DNA of 64,000 bases from an uncultured delta proteobacterium (GCA_963842085.1 CAWJET010000001.1:1504001-1568000); one strand, 5' to 3'. Shown: positions 20,498 to 30,030, counted from the first letter of the stretch. Numbers and translations: made by a program. Notes: generated by a model from the sequence alone, not told the origin.

Positions 20498-20767
20498 ATG
20501 ACCAAAGCGGAATTGATTGATACCATCGCCAAGTCCACCGATCAGCCCAAGAAGTTGGTCGCCACCACCCTGGACCTCGCCTTCGAACAAATTGCGCGCT
20601 CGATTCGCAAGGACAAGCGTTTCTGGGTGCCCGGCTTCGGCACTTTTTCCGTGCGCCGGCGCCGCGCCCGCGCCGGTTTCAATCCGCGCACCAACGCACC
20701 AATGACCATTCCGGCGGCCCGCACCGTGGGCTTTCGCCCGGCGCCGCAGCTAAGGAAGGGTCTCTGA
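20498..20767 (+). CDS. HU family DNA-binding protein
   Basis: MTKAELI, GFGTFSVRRRRARAGFNPRT; GGAGG RBS. Confidence 0.93.
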   Translation: MTKAELIDTIAKSTDQPKKLVATTLDLAFEQIARSIRKDKRFWVPGFGTFSVRRRRARAGFNPRTNAPMTIPAARTVGFRPAPQLRKGL

Positions 20768-20790
20768 CGACGACCGCCTCCAAAGCCGGC

Positions 20791-22233
20791 GTGCGCGATC
20801 AACCTCGCCATCGCCCGCCCGATCAAACGACTTCCCGCCCGATCATCTCGGCCCGTGCGCTGAGTTTCCTCCTGCTCATCGTCGCCTTGGTTGCGGGCGG
20901 CGCATTACGCTTCTCCGGTCTCGGCGCGCTCGAGATGTCGCCCGACGAGGGTGCGTCGTGGGCGGCAGCCTCGGCACCGACCGTCGCCCAAGTGATCGCA
21001 CGCCAACCGGCGCTCAATCCGGGCGAGTTGCCGATACACGACTTGATACTGCACGGCTGGATCGCGCTTTTCGGCTCGAGCATGGCTGCGATGCGCGCGC
21101 TGTCGGCTGCCTTCGGCGTCGCGTCGATACTGCTGGTCTATCTTGTCGTCCGCGAACTATTCGAGGAGTCCGCGCTGACCGGCGACGACGTCAGAACAGT
21201 CGCGGGGCTCAGCGCTCTGGTCTTCGCGGTGAACCTCGTCACGCTCAAGTACTCGCGCGAGGCGCGGATGTATCCGCTGATGCTCGCGGCGATTCTCGCG
21301 CAAGTGGCGATGTTTCTCCGCGCGCTTCGCGTCGGCGGCGTTGTCAACTACGCGGCGTTGGTAGTGCTTACAGCAATCGCCATTGCCTCGAACTTCGCGG
21401 CCGTGCTGATCCCCGCGACCGAGGGCCTGTGGCTGCTGTATCTGGTAGCGCGCGCGGGATGGCGACTGAACAATGCGAGGGCGCGGCGCGCGTGGGTGCT
21501 CGCGGCTGTCCTCGCGGCGGGAGGATTGATTCTCGTACCGAAACTTTTTTCGTCTCTGCACGCGGCTTCGGCTGGGACCGTAGGCGCATGGCGCAAGGCG
21601 CCCGCCTTTTACGCGCCCTTCGCGCTATTCAACAAGGCTACAGGCAGCTTCGCATTCCCGATCCTCGCGACGCTTGCGCTTTGGGGCGCGGTACGCGGAT
21701 GGCGCCGCGGCGCGCGCGACGCGATCGCCCTGGCGATCCTCCTGATGTGGGCGCCGCCGATTCTGATGCTGGCAGCGTCGTACGCGATTGCGCCGGTGTT
21801 CGTCGAGCGTTACGCGCTATGGTGCTTCGTTCCGTTTTTTATTCTCGTCGCGTTGGGAATATTCGAGTGCCCTGGCGATCTCGTCCGCGGCGCGACGCTG
21901 CTGCTCGTGCTATCATTCTCGGCCGGCCATATCGTCTCGTACGATCGCAAGCCGCACGACGCGCAGTATCGCGAAGCAATTGCGGCGGCTGATTCCGCGC
22001 TCAAGCCCGGTGAGGTCATGACTGTTGTTCCTTCGTATGCGATCGAAGTGCTGCGGTACTATCTTCCGGCCGATCAACAGGACAAAGCCGTTCGCTATGA
22101 CCCGTCCGCATCGACCGCAGCGGTGTTGATTCTTGGCGATCAGAACCTCGCGCCAGGCGCCGCCCAATCATATAGAAAGGAATATCCGAATGTGGTCGCG
22201 CGGCTGCGCGGCGTAACGGTGCGGCGAAGGTGA
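20791..22233 (+). CDS. GT39/PMT-like polytopic glycosyltransferase
   Basis: SPDEGASW, YSREARMY, many TM helices, C-terminal extracytoplasmic domain. Confidence 0.8.
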   Translation: MRDQPRHRPPDQTTSRPIISARALSFLLLIVALVAGGALRFSGLGALEMSPDEGASWAAASAPTVAQVIARQPALNPGELPIHDLILHGWIALFGSSMAAMRALSAAFGVASILLVYLVVRELFEESALTGDDVRTVAGLSALVFAVNLVTLKYSREARMYPLMLAAILAQVAMFLRALRVGGVVNYAALVVLTAIAIASNFAAVLIPATEGLWLLYLVARAGWRLNNARARRAWVLAAVLAAGGLILVPKLFSSLHAASAGTVGAWRKAPAFYAPFALFNKATGSFAFPILATLALWGAVRGWRRGARDAIALAILLMWAPPILMLAASYAIAPVFVERYALWCFVPFFILVALGIFECPGDLVRGATLLLVLSFSAGHIVSYDRKPHDAQYREAIAAADSALKPGEVMTVVPSYAIEVLRYYLPADQQDKAVRYDPSASTAAVLILGDQNLAPGAAQSYRKEYPNVVARLRGVTVRRR

Positions 22234-22240
22234 AACTGCG

Positions 22241-23095
22241 ATGAGCGATCAGACGCCTGACGATTTGAAAATGAAAAGCCAGCAGAAGGCGGCGTGGAAC
22301 GACACCGCCGAGGGATGGAAACGATGGTGGCCCACGTTCGAGCGCGCCGCGCAGATCGTCAACGATCGGCTGGTCGAGCTGGCGGGTGTGCGCGCCGGCA
22401 GTCGCGTCCTCGATATCGCGACCGGCAGCGGCGAGCCCGCTCTGACCGCGGCCCGCGCCGTCGGACAATCGGGACGAGTCGTCGCCGTGGACATGTCGCC
22501 GGAAATGCTCGCGATCGCGCGGGAGCGTATCGACGCGGCGGGCTTGCGCAATGTCGAGCTGGTCGAGTCGGATGCCGAGGCGCTCAAGCTCGACGCTAAT
22601 TCGTTTGATGCCGCGCTATGCCGATGGGGTCTCATGTTCATGCCTGACCTCGATGGCTTGGTGCGCGGACTGCATCGCGCTCTCAAGCCGGACGGACGCT
22701 TCGCTACAGCCGTCTGGTCGGTCGCGGACAAGGTGCCGATGTGCGGTCTCGCGCGCGACGCGATACGCCGGATTACCGGGATCGTGCCGCCGCCAAACGC
22801 GCCCGATCCGACCAGGCTCGCGGACCCCTCGATCCTCGAGCGCGCGCTGGCCGGAGCCGGCTTTCGCGATGTAACCATCGAACGCCTGATCGTAACGTTC
22901 GAATTTCCGTCGCCGGACGCATTCGCGGACTTCCGCGGCCAGATAGGCGGCACCCGCGCGACGCTCGCGAAAATGCCCGCCGACGTCGCCCGCCAGGTGC
23001 GCGACGCAGTCGTAACCGCGGCACGCGAATACGCAACGCCCGGCGGCGTCGTGCGGCTCAGCAACGAGACCATCTGCTTCGCCGCGCACGCATAA
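22241..23095 (+). CDS. Class I SAM-dependent methyltransferase (UbiE-like)
   Basis: VLDIATGSG motif I, VDMSPEML, FDAALCRWGLMF, LKPDGR. Confidence 0.9.
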   Translation: MSDQTPDDLKMKSQQKAAWNDTAEGWKRWWPTFERAAQIVNDRLVELAGVRAGSRVLDIATGSGEPALTAARAVGQSGRVVAVDMSPEMLAIARERIDAAGLRNVELVESDAEALKLDANSFDAALCRWGLMFMPDLDGLVRGLHRALKPDGRFATAVWSVADKVPMCGLARDAIRRITGIVPPPNAPDPTRLADPSILERALAGAGFRDVTIERLIVTFEFPSPDAFADFRGQIGGTRATLAKMPADVARQVRDAVVTAAREYATPGGVVRLSNETICFAAHA

Positions 23096-23268
23096 CGGGA
23101 TGCCACGATGACCGCCGGAATCCTGACGGTTTGAAAATGAAACCAGCAGGTGAGCTCGTGCTCCGCGGACTCTGCGAACCCTCTTTATTGAAAGCCCAGG
23201 GTCGGGCTAAGCTGAACCATCTCGTTAGGTCTCTTCGTTCGCTTGGGGGTGATGCCGGGTTGGTGAAG

Positions 23269-24569
23269 ATGAAGGCAGAGATCAACGACGCTCCTGCATC
23301 GGGTCTGGGCAGCCCCGGCCCGAACGGCTTTTCATCTCCAAACCGGCCCCGGGCGCGGGCTTTCGTCGACGCGTTCAGAGAGGCCCGTTGGATCAACCCG
23401 AGCGCGTCCGTGTCTACCCAAGGATGCTCTGCGCGTGCTACCTCGTGGTGTTCGTCATATGGCTGGTACTGAGACCGGGCGGAGTCATGGAGAAGTTTCA
23501 TCCGGTCGGTGGCGACTTTCCGCCGTTCTGGGCGGCTTCCTCCGTGGCGGTCCAGGGACGTCCTGCGGCGGTCTACGACCACGCGACGCTGGCGGCTGCC
23601 GAGATGGCGACGCTAGGCGACAAAGCTCCAGGGTACCAGCCTTTCGACTATCCACCCGTGTTCCTCGCAATCGTGCTCCCGCTCTCGCTGCTCCCCTATA
23701 ACGGCTCGCTGATCGTCTGGACGTTGGTCGGGCTGACGGCGTATCTGATCGTGATGTGGAAGATCGCGCCTCGGCGCGACGCGCTGTGGCTGGCTCTCGC
23801 ATTCCCCGCCACACTGCTAATGATTCTCGACGGACAGAACGGTCTGATAACCGTGGCACTGTTCGGCGGCGGATTGCTGCTGCTCGAACGCCGCCCCTGG
23901 ATCGCAGGCGCGCTGTTCGGACTCCTCTGTTACAAGCCGCAGTTCGGCATCCTGTTACCGCTGGTCTTCTTGGCGGCTCGCCAGTGGCGAGCTGCTGCCG
24001 GCGCGGCGCTGGCAGTTACCGCGTTCGCGGGACTCTCGGTCGCGCTGTTCGGAGTGCAGACCTGGCGAGGGTTCCTCGACAGCATCCCGGTAACGACCCA
24101 CAGCATGCTGGTGCAGGGTAACGTCGGCTTCGGCAAGATTCAGAGCATCTTCGGCGCGGCGCGACTGTGGGGCGCATCGGTCGCGGTGGCTTACGCGATG
24201 CAAGCGGCGGTCAGCTTGCTCACCGCGGGCGCGGTGCTGTGGATCTGGCTCAAACCCAGTGGATTTCCAGTCAAAGCCGCCGCGTTAGCCGTTGGAACAT
24301 TGCTGGTCACGCCGTACTTCGTCGACTACGACCTGGTACTGCTGGCGCTGCCGATCGCATGGCTGTCGTGGGACGCCATGCACTCGGTGTTCCTCCCATG
24401 GGAGAAATCGATCCTGTTTCTCGCGTGGTTGTTTCCACTGTTCGCGCGAGTGCTGAGCATGTTCGCGTCGCTGCCGCTGACGCCATTGGTCCTCGCGCTG
24501 CTGATGCTTGCCATCGGGCGGCGCGGTGCGATGCTGTCGAAGCTGCCCGCTGAAGTTGCCACACGATGA
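23269..24569 (+). CDS. GT87/DUF2029 glycosyltransferase with an apparent 1-nt frameshift near 23398
   Basis: GGDFPPFWAA, FDYPP, GQNGL, YKPQFG, PYFVDYDL; the N-terminus FVDAFREARWIN(P) and ERVRVYPRM are in different frames. Confidence 0.8.
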
Positions 24570-26119
24570 CTGCTCGTCGCGCTCGCGTCTCGCTGTGGCG
24601 CTTCTCGCCGGCGCTCGTCCTGTTCGCGATCGTGATCGCGGACTTCCGCCAGCTCAGCGATCCCGATCTATGGCTACACATTCTGTCCGGGCGAGCGCTG
24701 CTTGCTCACGGCTCGCTGCCTCTCGTCAATCCCTACTCGTACTCAGCGCCCGGCTTCCGCTGGCTCCATCATGAATGGTTGAGCGAAGTGCTGATGAGCG
24801 CAATCCTCGACCGGTTCGGGCCGTTCGGCCTGAAGCTGCTCAAGTTCATCTGCACGGCCGGCACTATTTCCTTTATCGTTCTTTCCGAGTCCGAAACCGC
24901 CGCGCCAGCAGCCGTGCAGGCGGTAATCCTGCTGATCGCGGCAATTATCCTGGTGCCGGCGATGCAGTTCCGGCCACAGATATTCGATTTCCTGTCGCTG
25001 TCGGCGATTGTCGCGATGCTTTGCCGCCACAACTGGCGCGGTTCGGCGCCGCTCTGGATTGCGATTCCGATCGTGGCGATTTGGTGCAATCTCCACGGTG
25101 GATTCTTCATCGGGCTTATTGCGATGGGCGTTTATGGAGCAACGGTCCTCCTGTCCGACGTCCTGGCGGGCCACGGTCCGCGTCGCGGCCTCGGCATTAT
25201 TGCGATCACGGCCGCCGCTGCCGCATCTACGCTCTGCACGTTTCTGATCCCGCCCGCGCGCGAGACCTGGTACACGCTGGTGGCCTCGATTCTTAACCCG
25301 ACGACGCACCGCAACATCGTCGATTGGAAGCCGCTGCTCACCTCGCTTGCGACCGCGCCGCAGGGAGGTCTCGAGCGGAAATATTGGGTGATGGTGCTTT
25401 CCTTTTTTGGCGCCGCAGTAGTGTCGGTGATTCTCAGGCCGAAAGGTGGCGACGCGCCGCTGGTCGCCGTCGCCGCCGTACTGCTCGCGGCAGCCTTCGC
25501 GGCCCAACGCAACGTCGCGATCGCGACGATTTCAATCACTCCCGTGTTCGCGAACCACCTGGGTCTGCTGCTACGTCCGCGGGAGGCTGCCGACGCCGCG
25601 AGCGCTCAAGCCGTACCGCACGCAGGCCGCTGGGTCATGGAACTTCTGATTGCGATCGTCGCCCTCGGGTTCGCACGCCACAGCGGTATTTTGAAGCCTG
25701 GGATAGACGCGTCCGGCAATCCTGCCGACGCCGTCAACTTCATGAACAGCCACGGCCTCGCAGGAAACGTTATAGCTGACTACGCGTGGGGTGGGTTCGT
25801 CATTTGGCATGGTGGGCCGGGCACGAAAGTCTTCATCGACAGCCGCTACGATCTCGGCTACCCGCCCTCGGTGATCTCGGACTTCCTGGAACTGGACCGC
25901 GGCGAGGCAGGCGCCGCGCATACTCTCGCCGCCTATCCGACTGATTTCGTTTTGACCCGGCCAAATCGGCCGGAGGCAAAGGTGATGGATTCCCAACCGG
26001 ACTGGCGGCTCATCTATAGCGACGACACCGCCCGGCTCTACGCGCGCGCGAACTCACCCGCCGCCCGGCTTGAAGGCGTCCCGTTCAAGGGCACCGCCAG
26101 GCCGGCGTTCTTCCCCTAG
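24566..26119 (+). CDS. GT-C-like polytopic membrane protein
   Basis: DPDLWLHILSG, PYSYS, HEWLSE, WCNLHGGF, YAWGGF, VFIDSRYD. Confidence 0.75.
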   Translation: MTARRARVSLWRFSPALVLFAIVIADFRQLSDPDLWLHILSGRALLAHGSLPLVNPYSYSAPGFRWLHHEWLSEVLMSAILDRFGPFGLKLLKFICTAGTISFIVLSESETAAPAAVQAVILLIAAIILVPAMQFRPQIFDFLSLSAIVAMLCRHNWRGSAPLWIAIPIVAIWCNLHGGFFIGLIAMGVYGATVLLSDVLAGHGPRRGLGIIAITAAAAASTLCTFLIPPARETWYTLVASILNPTTHRNIVDWKPLLTSLATAPQGGLERKYWVMVLSFFGAAVVSVILRPKGGDAPLVAVAAVLLAAAFAAQRNVAIATISITPVFANHLGLLLRPREAADAASAQAVPHAGRWVMELLIAIVALGFARHSGILKPGIDASGNPADAVNFMNSHGLAGNVIADYAWGGFVIWHGGPGTKVFIDSRYDLGYPPSVISDFLELDRGEAGAAHTLAAYPTDFVLTRPNRPEAKVMDSQPDWRLIYSDDTARLYARANSPAARLEGVPFKGTARPAFFP

Positions 26120-26340
26120 CAGCTTTGGAGTGAGCCTATCTCGTCGAACTTGGTAGGTCCCTTTGACATCCTTAGTGCCTCTTGAAACATTTACGCGATA
26201 CAGCTAGTTTAGTTGACCATCACGGGAACGCCAAATTAGGGGATTGATATAGTTGACACACAAGGCCCAGCTCCGATATGGTGGTCATCGATGACGCGGA
26301 TTCCTAGGCTTTCTGGCGAGGTTTGCGCTTCGCTCGTTCG

Positions 26341-27294
26341 TCAGCAAGAAGTTGTTTCACTTCGTCTTTGGGGACGGAGACGATGCGCCGGAGTGCCGTG
26401 CGCATCTTGGACAGTGGCAGTGATTTTTTCTTCATAGGGAGATTCCTTCAATGACAGACGATAATCAGAATGCTGGCAATACGGGTGGCGCAGCGCAGGG
26501 AAATCAACAAGGACAAAATCCCGCGCCGGTAACACCTCCCGTCCCAGTGCCTCCTGCGACCACCACCAACCCTCGACAGACACTGAATACTGTGCAAGAG
26601 GAGGTGAGTCCGCGCGATACGCTGAACACGTCACAGCACAACAATCAGTCAGAGGCGCGGCGCTCGTTGAATATAATTCAGAAGGGCGGGAAGTGATCGA
26701 CCGAACAAGCGTCATTGCGACGGCAGCCGCCAAAGTAATTGCCAAGAGCACGCCCGCGAGCGCGACTAGGATCTGAGCCATGATCATTTGATCAGCCTTG
26801 TGATTTGCGATCCGATGATTGTCCTGTAGAACTTGGTGCATGGCGCTTATGTAGAATCGCTTGAGTGAATCGGAGCCTTGTAATACTCGATCGCGCGGGA
26901 ACCATGTTCCCTCACTTAGTTGGCTCCAATTCTGTGCACCGTGAAGTGCCATTAGAGAAAAGAGACACGCACTTCCTGCGGCCAAAGCCACGATCACGAT
27001 TGCGATCAGCTCAAGCCACGAATGCGTCCAAGTAGCACCGCGCATTAACAGAAGCGCCAGTATCGCACTACTATATCCAACAAGTGTCGTGGCCTTAGAA
27101 TCTATGAGCCCGACACGCTCCTCGTTCGCCGTAAGCAACATCTGTCCGAAATCGAACAGTTCCGTTGTTACGTCTTCCGCCGAATATTTCGCGAGAAGTT
27201 CATCGACTTCGGCTCCGGGCAATTCTATTGTCTTTGTCTTGCCCAAAACGGAATTTCGTAACCAGCGGCGCAATTCAGAAAAGTAGTTCTTCAT
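26341..27294 (-). CDS. IS passenger: three-TM protein resembling Pycsar effector (PycTM/DUF5706-like) architecture
   Basis: IDSKATTLVG followed by two TM helices, then NHRIANHKADQM followed by a third TM; ATGA overlap with the transposase stop. The family assignment is inference. Confidence 0.6.
   Translation of the reverse strand: MKNYFSELRRWLRNSVLGKTKTIELPGAEVDELLAKYSAEDVTTELFDFGQMLLTANEERVGLIDSKATTLVGYSSAILALLLMRGATWTHSWLELIAIVIVALAAGSACLFSLMALHGAQNWSQLSEGTWFPRDRVLQGSDSLKRFYISAMHQVLQDNHRIANHKADQMIMAQILVALAGVLLAITLAAAVAMTLVRSITSRPSELYSTSAAPLTDCCAVTCSAYRADSPPLAQYSVSVEGWWWSQEALGREVLPARDFVLVDFPALRHPYCQHSDYRLSLKESPYEEKITATVQDAHGTPAHRLRPQRRSETTSC
26451..26696 (+). CDS. IS passenger: 81-aa N/Q/P-rich peptide with a triple internal repeat
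   Basis: RBS AGGGAGA 8 nt upstream; repeats PRQTLNTVQ, PRDTLNTSQ, ARRSLNIIQ. Confidence 0.55.
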   Translation: MTDDNQNAGNTGGAAQGNQQGQNPAPVTPPVPVPPATTTNPRQTLNTVQEEVSPRDTLNTSQHNNQSEARRSLNIIQKGGK

Positions 27295-28211
27295 TGGGTC
27301 AATTCCTTGTAAGTAAGTCTTCTGCCATCGGCTTGAGCGAGCGCCAACGCAAAGCGATCCCCATCCCCGATTTTCCGTTGGTTGAATCGAAACGTCGCGT
27401 CGTCAAGGTAGCGATCAAGCTGCCACGGCATCACGAAATGATGCGTCCCATAAACCGTGCGCTTGAAGTTTGCCCAGAAACTCTCGATCCCGTTCGTATG
27501 GACCGCGCCACGCACATACTCCTCAGAATGGTTAATGACTTCGTGCGCGTAGTCTGCGTCTAGTCCGCGAAAGGCCGCTGCCTCATCGGTATAGAGGATC
27601 GCGCCTGATTCGACGTTACGACGAATCACACGTTGGAGCGTTTCCGCCCGTTCGTTAGGTACGGATTTAGCACGGATCTGCCCGTGCCTTGCGAGCAATC
27701 CGAAGACCACGGCTTTGCCAACGTTGCCCGTTCCACGATGCAAGCGTTTGCTGCGATGTTTGTTCTTCTCCAGTCCGCCGATGCCTGTAGTATCGCCTTC
27801 AACCGGCCCAGACATAGGCGTCTCGAAGCTGCCCGCCCTCAACGCGAGCCGGATTCGATGGAGCATGAACCATGCGGTCTTTTGTGTGACGCCTAGGGCC
27901 TTTGCCAGCCGGTGGGAGCTATAGCCCTTTGTCGAGCAAGTGAGCAGCCAGACGGCGGGGAGCCACTTATCGAGCGTAATCGGCGAATCTTCGAAGATGC
28001 TACCGACCTTCACCGAAAACTGTTTGCTGCATGATTTGGATTTGCAGCGCCAGATCGCCCGCGTTTGGATGAACCATACGTCTCTCGATCCGCAACCCCT
28101 TCGCGGGCATCTTACGCCGGTCGGCCAACGGCATTCGGCCAAATAGTTACGACAGATTTCTGGGTCTGCAAAGTATCGAATCGCTTCAATCAGTGTCCGT
28201 GGCGTCTTCAT
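27291..28211 (-). CDS. IS1595-family transposase
   Basis: N-terminal Zn ribbon CPRRGC...CKSKSC, TQKTAWFMLHRIR HTH, VEGD, YTDE, HTNGIESFW, RYLDDATFRFN. Confidence 0.95.
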   Translation of the reverse strand: MKTPRTLIEAIRYFADPEICRNYLAECRWPTGVRCPRRGCGSRDVWFIQTRAIWRCKSKSCSKQFSVKVGSIFEDSPITLDKWLPAVWLLTCSTKGYSSHRLAKALGVTQKTAWFMLHRIRLALRAGSFETPMSGPVEGDTTGIGGLEKNKHRSKRLHRGTGNVGKAVVFGLLARHGQIRAKSVPNERAETLQRVIRRNVESGAILYTDEAAAFRGLDADYAHEVINHSEEYVRGAVHTNGIESFWANFKRTVYGTHHFVMPWQLDRYLDDATFRFNQRKIGDGDRFALALAQADGRRLTYKELTQ

Positions 28212-28281
28212 AAGCTAGATACTACACGCACAACGCTTGTGTGTCAAGTATATCAATCCCCAAATTAGGGGGGTGTTTCGG

Positions 28282-28704
28282 ATGACGGTCGAAGACGCAC
28301 TGCGAAAGATCGCACTGTTGCGCAGGATCAGCACCGATAAAGGAGCCTTGGCGGCAGAGAGAGCGACTGCGCACCGCTTACAGAAGGTACTCATCGAGCG
28401 CTACGCGATCAGGGCACAGGATATCCCCGACGCCCCACCGACGACGGTCTTTCGCTTAAGCTGGAGTTACTGGCAGGAACTGTTTGAAGAGTTCGACCTG
28501 CGCTTGAACCATTTTGGGAGTCGCGGCAGCGCCAACGTCGGGAACAACAGTATCGCCTACATCATGCTTGCTACCAACCAGTGGTGGATCGAAGAAAGGT
28601 CCCCGGGCGGCTGGCAAACCACGACTCGCGGCGGGGGTGTCGAATCGCTGCGCAAGTACCTTAAAGACCACGCGCCAAGAAGCTACTCCTTTCTCAAGCG
28701 CTGA
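28282..28704 (+). CDS. Hypothetical protein with a DUF2786-like N-terminus
   Basis: LRKIALLRRISTDKGALAAERATAHRLQKVLIERY resembles the DUF2786 helical hairpin. Confidence 0.55.
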   Translation: MTVEDALRKIALLRRISTDKGALAAERATAHRLQKVLIERYAIRAQDIPDAPPTTVFRLSWSYWQELFEEFDLRLNHFGSRGSANVGNNSIAYIMLATNQWWIEERSPGGWQTTTRGGGVESLRKYLKDHAPRSYSFLKR

Positions 28705-28944
28705 CCGCCGCGACCGTCCTCAACTCCTCGCGCGCGCCAGGTAGCACCAGTCGCTCAACTTTCGATAACCCGCGACTTTGCGGGTTCCAGTTTTATTTTC
28801 AACCTTGGCGCTCGCTGCGCGAATTCATGCACTGGAAATGCGCCATCAGTGTGGTAGTAAGGTAATCGTCAGGGCGCGCGCGCGGCGGATGAGCTTCCTT
28901 GCGCGGGCAGCCAAAATTATCGCCACACTCAAGGAGTACCCAGA

Positions 28945-30030
28945 ATGAAAGCCGCCGTTTTCCACGGGCCCAAGTTGCCCCTCAGTATCGAGGACGTCGA
29001 ACTCGACAAGCCGCAGGACCGCGAAGTCCTGATCAAAACCGTCGCCAGCGGCGTATGCCACAGCGACCTGCATTTCGTCGACGGATTCTACCCGTACCCT
29101 GCGCCCGCGGTGCTCGGCCACGAAGCCGCCGGCATCATCGAGGAAGTCGGCAAGCAGGTAACCTACGTGAAGCCGGGCGACCACGTGATCTGTTGCCTGT
29201 CGGTCTTTTGCGGCAACTGCGAGCAGTGCATGTCAGGGCATCCCAATCGATGCTCGAACAAGGCCGCCACCCAGCGCAACCCGCAGGACAAGCCGCGCAT
29301 CTCGCAGAAGGGCAAGCCCGTCTTCCAGTTCCTCGACATCTCGTCTTACTGCGAGAAGATGCTGCTGCATGAAAACGCGGTGGTGAAGATTCGCGAGGAC
29401 CTGCCGCTCGATCGCGCCGCGCTCATAGGATGCGGCGTCACCACCGGCGTCGGCGCGGTGCTCAATACCGCCAGGATCGAGCCCGGCTCGACGGTCGCGG
29501 TCTTCGGTGCGGGCGGCGTCGGACTCGCCGCAATCCAGGGCGCACGGATCGCGGGCGCGCGCAAAATAATCGCAGTCGATATGTTCGAGGGCAAGCTCGC
29601 GATGGCCAAGCGGCTCGGCGCGACCGACACCGTTGACGCGTCGAACAGCGACCCCGTCGATGAAATCCGCAAACTCACCGGCGGCGGCGTCGATTATTCA
29701 TTCGAAGCGATCGGCCTCAAGAAGGTCGCCGAGCAGGCGTTCAACTCGCTCAAGTCCGGCGGCACCGCGACCGTGATCGGCATGATCCCCATCGGCCAGA
29801 AGGTCGAAATCGACGGCTACATGTTCCTGACCGAGCGCAAACTGCAAGGTTCCAACATGGGCTCCAACCGCTTCCGCATCGACATGCCCCGTTACATCGA
29901 CTTCTACATGCAGGGCCGCCTCAACCTCGACGACATGATCAGCCAGCGCCGAAAACTCGAGGACGTCAACGACGCGTTCCGCGCTATGAAAGCCGGCGAA
30001 GTCGCACGCACTGTGTTGATGTTCAACTAG
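28945..30030 (+). CDS. Zn-dependent alcohol dehydrogenase (class III/formaldehyde dehydrogenase-like), copy 1
   Basis: GVCHSD, GHE, CGNCEQC...C structural Zn, GCGVTTG, GAGGVG. Confidence 0.95.
   Translation: MKAAVFHGPKLPLSIEDVELDKPQDREVLIKTVASGVCHSDLHFVDGFYPYPAPAVLGHEAAGIIEEVGKQVTYVKPGDHVICCLSVFCGNCEQCMSGHPNRCSNKAATQRNPQDKPRISQKGKPVFQFLDISSYCEKMLLHENAVVKIREDLPLDRAALIGCGVTTGVGAVLNTARIEPGSTVAVFGAGGVGLAAIQGARIAGARKIIAVDMFEGKLAMAKRLGATDTVDASNSDPVDEIRKLTGGGVDYSFEAIGLKKVAEQAFNSLKSGGTATVIGMIPIGQKVEIDGYMFLTERKLQGSNMGSNRFRIDMPRYIDFYMQGRLNLDDMISQRRKLEDVNDAFRAMKAGEVARTVLMFN

Larger units (their letters stand above)
26240..28260 (-). mobile_element. IS1595-family insertion sequence with passenger genes
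   Basis: 25-bp TIRs GGGATTGATATAGTTGACACACAAG (26240-26264) and CTTGTGTGTCAAGTATATCAATCCC (28236-28260), 1 mismatch; 8-bp TSD CAAATTAG at 26232-26239 and 28261-28268. Confidence 0.95.
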
